A DNA stretch of 30,121 nt, from the UHGV virus genome UHGV-0116456. The stretch is one strand, 5' to 3'. The notes beneath the pieces were generated by a model. It worked only from the letters and a program-made list of their open reading frames with translations. It was not told the DNA's origin and did not search any database. This DNA comes from a virus. The first letter of the stretch is position 1; each line of letters starts with the position of its first letter. The position numbers and the translations under genes were made by a program. Below are positions 15,944 through 23,063 of the stretch, piece by piece.

Positions 15944-17593
15944 TCACCCCTCGTTTTTTAATTGGTCCCCGATTTGTGCATACCATTTCTGCCGGACCGT
16001 CATCGCATCAATGACCGATACGAACCCGTCGATCCGGCTCCTCTTATCGATTTTGACCGGCCGGAATTTCCGGGTTTCGCTGTTGTGTTTCAATGCCACG
16101 TTGAGGAAATGGGATTTTAACAGATTGTTCCCTCCCATTTCAAAAACCCCGTCCTTCAAAATCCCTTCAAACTCCCGTATAACCGGGGTCAGGTTTTCCC
16201 CTTGGTGTACATCATCCATATGGAATCCGTAGGTTTTCATTTCTTCAATGAGATATTGCGCCGAATACCGGTCATAGCCGATTTTCAGGGGCAGTATTTC
16301 ATATTCCTCTACCAGTTCCTTGAACCAGTTGAAACAATCGTGATAGTCTACATAATGCTCTCCGGACAATGTGAGAATCCCCTGCTTGACAAAGATTCCG
16401 TATGGCACACCATCTTCGGCCGTGGCCGTTTCAAGTCTGGCAGACGGCATGAAAAACCGGGAGAATGTATACAATTTCCCGGCTTTCTCTATGACCACGC
16501 AACAAGCCGTCAGGTCTGTCGTTTGTGACAGGTCTATCCCGCCCACGCAATAACTGCTCCTGAAATCTTCGAGGCTATATTCCCTTGTGCAAGCCGCGTC
16601 TACGGTCTGATATTCCAGCCATGCGACCGAGCTGGATTGCTTGATGTTGCAGTATTTTGTCAGGAATTCCGCGCGCTTGGACAGGCTGTTTTCCGCCACG
16701 GCTATTTCTTCAAGCAGGAAATCCACCGGCACGGATACGCCCAGGTTCGGGTTTGATTTCCGCAGTTCGTTGATGTCGTCCCATTTGTCCGGGTCGTCGA
16801 TGGTGTACAGGATCGGCAGCAAGCGGCGCTCCCGGCTGCCGCCTTTGAGCACAGACGTACACCGTTTCATCAGTTCATCGTAAATCCCATCATTGATATA
16901 CCCGGCAGTGCTAATTGACAATACCAGCGGTTGGCGACGGGCGCCGAGCGCCGATTTCATGACCTCATACTGCTTCAGACCCGCGTCGCCTTGCCAAGAG
17001 GCTATCTCGTCGCACACCACCAGTTGAGGATTGAACCCGTCGGATTTTTTTGCGTTGAACGCAATCGGCTTTATGCTGGTGTTGGATTCCGCTATGTAGA
17101 TATCCGACCGCCGTTTTTTAGCCCGGCCTCCCATCTCTGGCTCTTTTTGGAGCATTTGATAGAAGTTGTCATAGACAATATTAGCCTGTTCCAGTTTCGG
17201 CGCAAGGCAATACACTTTTGCCCCATACTCCCCGTCCATATACGCCATATAGGCGATAATGGCGGACGCAAACAAGGTTTTCCCCTGCTTCCGGGCCATG
17301 ACGACAACGACTTCCCGGAACACCCGGCTCCCGTCCTCTTCTACGATCCCAAAAATCAACGACGTAATGGCCTTTTGCCACAGTTCCAACTTTATGAGGT
17401 CGTCCCGGCCTTCACAGTGATGGCAGAACGTCTCCACAAACCGGACGGCCTTCCCGGCTTTCTTCTGGTCAAAACGGTAATCCCCGGATTCCATGCCGGT
17501 TATGATTTTTTCATATAGCATGGAAATCCATTTGCCAACAACAATTTCACCAGATCGGATTTTCTGGTAGTACTCATATATGTAATTATTCAT
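15944..17593 (-). CDS. terL: Terminase large subunit
   Basis: LELWQK, ARKQGKT Walker A, VVCDEI Walker B, ISTAG, GGIDLSQTTDLT and RIDGFVS nuclease motifs. Confidence 0.96.
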   Translation of the reverse strand: MNNYIYEYYQKIRSGEIVVGKWISMLYEKIITGMESGDYRFDQKKAGKAVRFVETFCHHCEGRDDLIKLELWQKAITSLIFGIVEEDGSRVFREVVVVMARKQGKTLFASAIIAYMAYMDGEYGAKVYCLAPKLEQANIVYDNFYQMLQKEPEMGGRAKKRRSDIYIAESNTSIKPIAFNAKKSDGFNPQLVVCDEIASWQGDAGLKQYEVMKSALGARRQPLVLSISTAGYINDGIYDELMKRCTSVLKGGSRERRLLPILYTIDDPDKWDDINELRKSNPNLGVSVPVDFLLEEIAVAENSLSKRAEFLTKYCNIKQSSSVAWLEYQTVDAACTREYSLEDFRSSYCVGGIDLSQTTDLTACCVVIEKAGKLYTFSRFFMPSARLETATAEDGVPYGIFVKQGILTLSGEHYVDYHDCFNWFKELVEEYEILPLKIGYDRYSAQYLIEEMKTYGFHMDDVHQGENLTPVIREFEGILKDGVFEMGGNNLLKSHFLNVALKHNSETRKFRPVKIDKRSRIDGFVSVIDAMTVRQKWYAQIGDQLKNEG

Positions 17594-17921
17594 TGCGCAT
17601 CGCGTCCAGCTTATCGGGTGTTTTCGCCGGTTTTCCCAGGGTCTTTATGATGTCCAGGATGAGGGCGGCGGTCTTGTTGGCGCTATCCGCATGTCGGGGC
17701 AGTTCCTTCACCGCCGGGTTGGCATAGGAGTTTTCCCGGCCTTTGACATACTCCTTTGTCACCATCACATCATCCTCGTCAATGGCCTTTTTGATATCCT
17801 CGATAACGCGAAGCTGCAAGGCGTATTGTTTGATTGCCGATCGGAACAGCGCATTTTTGTCAACGCTGTATTCTTTCGCCATCTTTTCCAATTCTGTCAA
17901 TGTCGCGGTTTTTCTCGGCAT
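17586..17921 (-). CDS. terS: Terminase small subunit (P27-like; 111 aa from ATG 17921)
   Basis: VTKEYVKGRENSYANPAVKE motif. AAAGGAG RBS lies before MPRKTAT; the gene directly precedes terL. Confidence 0.82.
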   Translation of the reverse strand: MPRKTATLTELEKMAKEYSVDKNALFRSAIKQYALQLRVIEDIKKAIDEDDVMVTKEYVKGRENSYANPAVKELPRHADSANKTAALILDIIKTLGKPAKTPDKLDAMRNE

Positions 17922-18006
17922 TCGCCTCTCTCCTTTCCAAAAAAATTCACGCGATGCCTGCGGAGGAAAATGGTACTCTACCCCTCGGTCTCCGCGAACG
18001 GTATCC
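17922..18006. other. Probable cos / packaging initiation region
   Basis: Short GC-rich intergenic gap between HNH and terS, the usual cos position in HK97-type Firmicutes phages. The exact cut site cannot be read from sequence alone. Confidence 0.45.
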
Positions 18007-18297
18007 CTATCCCTCAATAGGGGGGATGACGGTTCCGTCCTCATCGAACAAATACCGGCGTTCAATGGTTTTGTGATGTTCTTTGTTATGACAATCCTGA
18101 CATAGCGCCTCTAGGTTATCCCAATTCAGCGATATCAATGGGTCTCGGATATTATATGGAGTTAGGTATACCCTATGATGGGCTATCGTGGCCGGGCGAT
18201 CGCATCTCTCGCACAGCCACAGACGCGACGCCATAAACCCCGCACGGCAATCCTTCCATGCTTGGGATTTATAGAACCATTCACCCCACACTTTCAA
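18007..18297 (-). CDS. Packaging-associated HNH endonuclease
   Basis: FYKSQAWK, CERC, HH, NLEALCQDCHNKEH motifs, upstream of terS. Confidence 0.92.
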   Translation of the reverse strand: MKVWGEWFYKSQAWKDCRAGFMASRLWLCERCDRPATIAHHRVYLTPYNIRDPLISLNWDNLEALCQDCHNKEHHKTIERRYLFDEDGTVIPPIEG

Positions 18298-18326
18298 AAT
18301 TGGATCATCTCCAAAGCATAGAAATA

Positions 18327-18371
18327 GAGCGACCAGTTTCCCGGCCGCTCCTCGATGCTATCAATATACCA
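18327..18371 (-). promoter_or_regulatory. Probable late promoter (extended -10, no consensus -35) and leader hairpin
   Basis: TGgTATATT (18371-18363) just after the activator gene, then the hairpin GAGCGGCCGG-GAAA-CTGGTCGCTC (18350-18327). Confidence 0.55.
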
Positions 18372-18399
18372 CGGAAGTACGTCCCCCGTGTGACCCTCT

Positions 18400-18801
18400 T
18401 CAAACATATTTTTTTTCCATCGCTAAAAAGTAGAAAAACTGCCTCCGCATATCATAAAACTTGCGCCGCCCACAGCTCACCGGCAGATATTCCCACGCGA
18501 TCCCCAAGGTCACATTTTTCAGAAGGTTTTGGGCGTCTCTGCCAGCCGCCTTGTTTGCTGCCCGCTCGATCATGTCGATATCTTGGGAGAGGACGGCCGC
18601 CCGCTCCGCTATCCGCCCGGTCGGGTCGCCCGGCCCGCTCCCGGACGGCATCCCTGTGATTTGTGGGCTTCTATAGGGGCTCTGCAATTCCCGCAGCTTC
18701 CGCTTTTTGTCGGGATACTGCAAACAGAAATTGTGTAATTCCCGGTATGCATATTTCCCGATGCTGTACCGCTCCATTTTCAGGTCCCGCTTATTCGGCA
18801 T
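18400..18801 (-). CDS. Late transcriptional activator (RinA/ArpU-like)
   Basis: YRELHNFCLQYP, ITGMPSGSGPGDPT and RRKFYDMRRQFFYFLA motifs. Last early gene before the packaging module. Confidence 0.75.
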   Translation of the reverse strand: MPNKRDLKMERYSIGKYAYRELHNFCLQYPDKKRKLRELQSPYRSPQITGMPSGSGPGDPTGRIAERAAVLSQDIDMIERAANKAAGRDAQNLLKNVTLGIAWEYLPVSCGRRKFYDMRRQFFYFLAMEKKYV

Positions 18802-18982
18802 CTTGCCCCTTCTCCTCCCGCCTGCGCCGCTCTCGATGATGTACCTGCTCGCATATCGCCTGATTGATCCTATGCTCTCCGCTGACCAGCAGCCGCCGCT
18901 CTGGGGTCATGCACGGGAACACGCACGGCCGCCCGGTCATCACCCATTTGCACTTTTGCAACAGGCAATACTCTTTATCCAC
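18791..18982 (-). CDS. Small hypothetical protein (probable GTG start)
   Basis: ORF overlaps both neighbours in operon fashion. Confidence 0.45.
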   Translation of the reverse strand: MDKEYCLLQKCKWVMTGRPCVFPCMTPERRLLVSGEHRINQAICEQVHHRERRRREEKGQDAE

Positions 18983-19061
18983 GCCTAGCACACCACCCAA
19001 CCATAAAGGCCATCCCGATAGAGGCGAGCCAGACCGACAGGATTGGTGCGGATATTATCAT
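18975..19061 (-). CDS. 28-aa single-pass membrane peptide (MIISAPILSVWLASIGMAFMVGWCARRG)
   Basis: Translated by hand. AAGGAGG RBS and ATGA overlap with the upstream gene. Confidence 0.6.
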   Translation of the reverse strand: MIISAPILSVWLASIGMAFMVGWCARRG

Positions 19062-19375
19062 GGTGTGGCCTCCTTGATCTCTCCGTTGCGCATATCACAT
19101 AATCCGTCCTTGCACCAATGACTATGAGCATATAACCCTTCCTTGCGCATCTCTGCGTTTGCCGTATTTGGCACCCAACATTTGCACGACTCGCAATATA
19201 AGCTAAACGGCCCTCCGGACTTTGGAGCGACATTACTATACAGATGATAGTTTTTCTCGCCCTCCATCGGCGGTTCCGGAAGGGGGCGGAAATGATCGTC
19301 TCCGCCAGCGCACATATTGCACTCATAGCACGGCTTGCAATCTTTTAACGCACAACGACTACATTTTTTCACCAT
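19058..19375 (-). CDS. Cys-rich hypothetical protein
   Basis: Multiple CxxC motifs; overlaps neighbouring genes. Confidence 0.6.
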   Translation of the reverse strand: MVKKCSRCALKDCKPCYECNMCAGGDDHFRPLPEPPMEGEKNYHLYSNVAPKSGGPFSLYCESCKCWVPNTANAEMRKEGLYAHSHWCKDGLCDMRNGEIKEATP

Positions 19376-19643
19376 CCCGCTCCTCTCCTGCTAGTTCAGC
19401 CGCGCAAGCGGCATACCCGGCCAGATCAATATAGTTGTCGGCCTTCCGCTGCCCGGATTTGATACGGGCAATTTTTAACAGCGCCATCATGGCGGCCACG
19501 TCATGCGCATCAATATGTACACCAAGATATACCGACCACAAACCGGCAATCACGGAAAAGTTGTTTTCCGGGCGGCCGTACTGTGCCTCTCGATCTGTAC
19601 ACACAATTTTAGCTGCCCGCTCCAACGTCTCTTTACGCGTCAT
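19359..19643 (-). CDS. DUF6378-like protein
   Basis: DREAQYGRPENNFSVIAGLWSVYL..DVAAMMALLKIAR..DNYIDLAGYAA signature. Confidence 0.85.
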   Translation of the reverse strand: MTRKETLERAAKIVCTDREAQYGRPENNFSVIAGLWSVYLGVHIDAHDVAAMMALLKIARIKSGQRKADNYIDLAGYAACAAELAGEERDGEKM

Positions 19644-20055
19644 CCCGCCCACCACCTATCAATTCTGGATTATCATAGATGTTGCCGATAATTTCGCTGT
19701 CGTCCCACATTTCCTCGAGGTACAGCAGTTCTGCCGGAGGATCATAAAACTGTAACATAAGTGCAGAATTGTTTTCATTCCAAACCACAAGAAATATTCC
19801 GTCACGGCTTTTCCCGATGTCGCCTTCAAACACTTTCCCGGTTTTAACATCACGGCCGGTGTACTGCCCAATCGTATCCGTATAGACCGTGTGTTTTTCT
19901 ATGTCGTCGAGATTCTCACCGCCGTAAATGATCGAATAATCTCCCGTGCCTTGTAACACCCCGCCGTATACCCACCGACCCGGCAGCTTGTCGCCTGCCA
20001 TGTTGACTTTTTCGCCATGTCGCCTCGTCTGGCCACGGAATAAAATCTCACGCAT
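19633..20055 (-). CDS. YopX family protein
   Basis: MREILFRG, WVYG, TIGQYTG..D..GKVFEGDI and EIIGNIYDNPEL signature. Confidence 0.9.
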   Translation of the reverse strand: MREILFRGQTRRHGEKVNMAGDKLPGRWVYGGVLQGTGDYSIIYGGENLDDIEKHTVYTDTIGQYTGRDVKTGKVFEGDIGKSRDGIFLVVWNENNSALMLQFYDPPAELLYLEEMWDDSEIIGNIYDNPELIGGGRDDA

Positions 20056-20242
20056 TATCTTCACATCCTATCTGATCATAGTCCATAACGCTGTAACTGC
20101 GCGATACCTCAATGGAGTACCAAAACAATTCCCCGCAATGCTCGCATTCTTCGAGACAGTAGTACGTGCCGATGTCGTCCGGCTCGTGTGCATACTGCAC
20201 TTTCCCGCAATGAGGGCATATCAAGATCTCACTCGCGGTCAT
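20048..20242 (-). CDS. Small zinc-ribbon protein
   Basis: CPHCG and ECEHCGE motifs; ATGA overlap with the upstream gene. Confidence 0.65.
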   Translation of the reverse strand: MTASEILICPHCGKVQYAHEPDDIGTYYCLEECEHCGELFWYSIEVSRSYSVMDYDQIGCEDNA

Positions 20243-20532
20243 CCGTCTGTTCTCCCCCCCTTAAATCCATGGACGCAATAAAAATGTGGGAGCACGTGGC
20301 CTTGAAGCCCATACGGATTGCTACACCTGTACGATACATGACCGTTAAACGAATTAATGATTTTGTACAGGTTTCTACACTGCCCGCACCTTACCACCTC
20401 CACCACGTCGGCGGCGGGAGCGTCATAGATATTCTCCACGTCAACAACCATCTCCGCAAATTGTGGTTCACGTGACCAGCTCTTATTATACTGATGCGAT
20501 AACAACGCCTCCCGCTCTATGTACTCAGCCAT
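20239..20532 (-). CDS. Hypothetical phage protein, MAEYIERE..PAADV family (paralog 1, 97 aa)
   Basis: GGAGG RBS. Shares MAEYIEREA and PAADVVEVVRCGQC with 20867..21145. Confidence 0.75.
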   Translation of the reverse strand: MAEYIEREALLSHQYNKSWSREPQFAEMVVDVENIYDAPAADVVEVVRCGQCRNLYKIINSFNGHVSYRCSNPYGLQGHVLPHFYCVHGFKGGRTDG

Positions 20533-20683
20533 TGTCAACCCTCCTGTTCCACTTTTCGATGGTTGGTTGTGCCGCCAAAAGCTCAACCACCGCATTTCGG
20601 CAGTCCGCGGCAAAATCGCTTATTCCAACAAATACGTCCGACGGGTTTACTTTGTCTGCGTCAATCAGTCTCTCCATTGTCAT
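20525..20683 (-). CDS. Hypothetical protein (MxxRLIDAD..PTIEKWNRR type, 52 aa)
   Basis: ATGA overlap with the upstream gene and GGAGG RBS. RLIDAD is a common phage early-gene motif. Confidence 0.65.
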   Translation of the reverse strand: MTMERLIDADKVNPSDVFVGISDFAADCRNAVVELLAAQPTIEKWNRRVDNG

Positions 20684-20886
20684 CGCGCCTCCAAATCTCT
20701 CAACGCTCGCAAGTACCGAGCATAGTCTACAACGATATCCGACATGCGGTATTGCTGCCAACCACAATTTGTGGTCGTCAATGCCTCGCATTCATCGATC
20801 AGACCATCGAGTTCTCCTTTGAGGGCAAGTATCTCGACTTGCTCTTTTGTTCTATCCACCAATTTGTCAAGTATCGGAGTTCTCAT
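20680..20886 (-). CDS. Hypothetical protein
   Basis: ORF with GGAG RBS, overlapping both neighbours. Confidence 0.6.
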   Translation of the reverse strand: MRTPILDKLVDRTKEQVEILALKGELDGLIDECEALTTTNCGWQQYRMSDIVVDYARYLRALRDLEAR

Positions 20887-21145
20887 CGACTACTCCAATC
20901 CTCCTTCCATAACCGCAAAAATAACCGGGATCGACAATCTTTGCCCCGCAATCACAATATTGGTCTGGATGGACACAAATCCACAGCTCCCCTTCGTGCT
21001 CCGAATAGAAGCACTGCCCGCACCTTACCACCTCCACCACGTCGGCGGCGGGGACGATCTCTATATACTGTGTCGGTTCAAGCCCTTTCGCCCAGGCATG
21101 CTTTGCGGCTTTTATTGCGGCCTCCCGCTCTATGTACTCAGCCAT
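20867..21145 (-). CDS. Hypothetical phage protein, MAEYIERE..PAADV family (paralog 2)
   Basis: AGGAGG RBS and C-terminal Cys cluster ending YFCGYGRR. Confidence 0.75.
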   Translation of the reverse strand: MAEYIEREAAIKAAKHAWAKGLEPTQYIEIVPAADVVEVVRCGQCFYSEHEGELWICVHPDQYCDCGAKIVDPGYFCGYGRRIGVVDENSDT

Positions 21146-21175
21146 TGTCTGTCCTCCTGTTCCACTTTTCGATGG

Positions 21176-21628
21176 TTATTTTTCTGCTACCATTTTATCC
21201 AGCCGCCCCAGCTTTACCTTACGCCATGTATCCACATCCTCGGCACAGTCGTACAAAATCACCATCTGATCAAGCATGATCCGGACATCCGCGATTTCTT
21301 CGGCTATGTACCCCCGGTTATCCTTACCCCTCAGACTTTTGCACAACTCTTTTTGCAGCTCGGCCATCTCCTCAAAAACCATCACAGTTTGCATCCCGGC
21401 TCCCCATTTGGTCAGGGCCGATAGCAATATCTCGTTTTCCCGCGTTTTGTTGATATCTTCGGCAACACAAGCATCCAACTGTGCGTCCAGGTTTTCCAGA
21501 GCTTCGGCGGCGTCATTGTGTAAGCTGTTCCGGCACTTGCTGCAAGGCAGCTTATCTGTACCAACTGGACAGCTTTGAATTTTTGGGCACCGCAGCCGGT
21601 CAATCAACTCTTTTATTTCGTTTCTCAT
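21176..21628 (-). CDS. MazG-like nucleotide pyrophosphohydrolase domain fused to a Cys-rich N-terminus
   Basis: EEMAELQKELCK..IAEEIADVRIMLDQM is the EExxE..EExxD MazG-type signature. Confidence 0.75.
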   Translation of the reverse strand: MRNEIKELIDRLRCPKIQSCPVGTDKLPCSKCRNSLHNDAAEALENLDAQLDACVAEDINKTRENEILLSALTKWGAGMQTVMVFEEMAELQKELCKSLRGKDNRGYIAEEIADVRIMLDQMVILYDCAEDVDTWRKVKLGRLDKMVAEK

Positions 21629-21668
21629 TTTGTCCTCCTATCTCCCACGGGCAGCTACTCCGTGTGGG

Positions 21669-22004
21669 TTAAATCATCTCACACGCCACGTCGCACACAG
21701 ATTCCACAAATTTTTTTAGTTGGTCTTCGCTCGGAACGTGATTATCGCATAAAAAGCGAAAATCTCTGCAAATTCTCACAATTTCCCTGAAAGCGTCTTC
21801 GGCTTCCATCATCTGATTTTCGCAGTCAAAAACCTGATCCTGTAAATTATCAAGTTCCGTTTGTTTTACCTCGTTGCATTGAATGATGCCTTTTATATGA
21901 TTCGCAACACTCTGCCCCGCATATTCTTTCACGATGTCTATAGCATCTCTATCATCAAATATGATCCGGTAGCCTCCATCTGGCGTGTAAACCGTCTCGG
22001 CCAT
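21669..22004 (-). CDS. Hypothetical coiled-coil protein
   Basis: GGAGG RBS and 111-aa ORF within the early operon. Confidence 0.65.
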   Translation of the reverse strand: MAETVYTPDGGYRIIFDDRDAIDIVKEYAGQSVANHIKGIIQCNEVKQTELDNLQDQVFDCENQMMEAEDAFREIVRICRDFRFLCDNHVPSEDQLKKFVESVCDVACEMI

Positions 22005-22188
22005 TACCTCAACCTCCTATCCACAGCCTTGGTTTTACGGCACTCGCCATAGTGCTTACACTCAAACGATTCACAGGATATTCGCCCCCGCCCTCGGGCG
22101 GTATCGCCTTGAGCCAGTAGCAATCCTCCGCCATGGCGCAATTATCGCAATAGTCCCGCCTCCGGCAGATTTCGCACGTGCTTAACAT
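22004..22188 (-). CDS. Small Cys-rich protein, possibly frameshifted (59 aa as read, stop at 22009)
   Basis: GGAGGG RBS and MLSTCEICRRRDYCDNC start. An alternative Cys-rich tail exists in the -1 frame. Confidence 0.5.
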
Positions 22189-22203
22189 CTTTAATCCCTC
22201 CTA

Positions 22204-22404
22204 TCACAATAACCCTGAATAAAAGTCGTCCCACATATCGCCCCAGTGCTCTTCGATTTCATCGAAGCACTCCGGGCAGCATGTGACATAATTGCTTTCC
22301 TCGTCAACATAGGCCGTACTTTGCCTCCGGCGCTTTACTCCGGTACGGAACCATCGCCCACACCCGGGGCAGTATCCAAATATACGCTTGATTATGCTTA
22401 ACAT
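22204..22404 (-). CDS. Small zinc-finger-like protein
   Basis: CPGCG and CCPEC motifs; GAGGTG RBS. Confidence 0.65.
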   Translation of the reverse strand: MLSIIKRIFGYCPGCGRWFRTGVKRRRQSTAYVDEESNYVTCCPECFDEIEEHWGDMWDDFYSGLL

Positions 22405-22413
22405 GGTGTCACC

Positions 22414-22764
22414 TCAATCCCGCCCGTCAAAAATCCGGATCAATTTCTTACAATGCTCACACCCGCATCGTTCCAGCTCGCACAACTGGGCGCTGATCCG
22501 ATTCCGCAGCCGTGCATGCGCCTTATACAGCTCATCATCAACCAAAGCAATTTTATAGCTGGCAATAAGCCTTTTCTTTTCCGTGGATATTTCTTCTTTT
22601 GTAGCCATCCCATTCTTAAACGCTATGTACAGATACTTCATGCCTATAAAAAGCACCATGTCGCAGAACGGTAAATCCGGTACGCCTCCGCGCCCGCCTT
22701 TTACGTATTCCACCATTTGCTTTTCAATTTCTTTGATTTGGGTATCCATTTCTGCCTGTGTCAT
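22414..22764 (-). CDS. Hypothetical protein (116 aa from ATG 22764)
   Basis: AAGGAGGG RBS before MTQAEM; C-terminal CGCEHC..IFDGR. Confidence 0.7.
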   Translation of the reverse strand: MTQAEMDTQIKEIEKQMVEYVKGGRGGVPDLPFCDMVLFIGMKYLYIAFKNGMATKEEISTEKKRLIASYKIALVDDELYKAHARLRNRISAQLCELERCGCEHCKKLIRIFDGRD

Positions 22765-22783
22765 GTCATATTTTCCCTCCTTT

Positions 22784-23058
22784 GTGGGGAACGAGGGGAG
22801 CCGTGGGGGAAACTCCCCCACACAAAAAAGCGAGTATTCATGCGGGTTCGCGTTCCGTTTTTTCGCTCTGTGGGGGTGTGGGGGAGATTTTTCGTTTTCC
22901 TATATAGAGCTGTGCATATATGGATATTTTTCAATCCTATACTCACACATGTATATGGTGTATATTTGCGTCCCCACGCGCCCCACAACCCCACACCCTA
23001 GCGTTCATGCGGGTTTGCGGTACTTTTGCATCCCCACAAGTGATCCACATTTCCCCAC
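22784..23058. repeat. Iteron-like GTGGGG/CCCCAC array around an AT-rich core: candidate replication origin
   Basis: Ten hexamer copies in both orientations and TTCATGCGGGTT twice (22837, 23004), directly downstream of the DUF927 gene. Confidence 0.7.
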
Positions 23059-23063
23059 GTTTA

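Larger units (their letters stand above)
20378..21177. repeat. Two pairs of direct repeats: 41 bp identical (20378-20418 / 21012-21052) and 58 bp with 55 identical (20507-20564 / 21120-21177)
   Basis: Direct base-by-base comparison. Confidence 0.95.

Noticed and set aside
3242..17518. Long plus-strand ORFs opposite structural genes (e.g. 3242-3946, 9282-10265, 9676-10698, 11231-11818, 16931-17518)
   Set aside because: Antisense shadows of well-supported minus-strand genes in GC-rich sequence, with no recognisable motifs.
17922..18065. 48-aa N-terminal extension of terS given by the ORF track
   Set aside because: It overlaps HNH and the probable cos region, and a clear AAAGGAG RBS precedes ATG 17921.
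20378..21177. CRISPR array or DGR template/variable repeat pair
   Set aside because: Only two copies of each repeat, lying inside coding genes, with irregular spacing. The three mismatches form one adjacent block, and no cas or RT gene is present.
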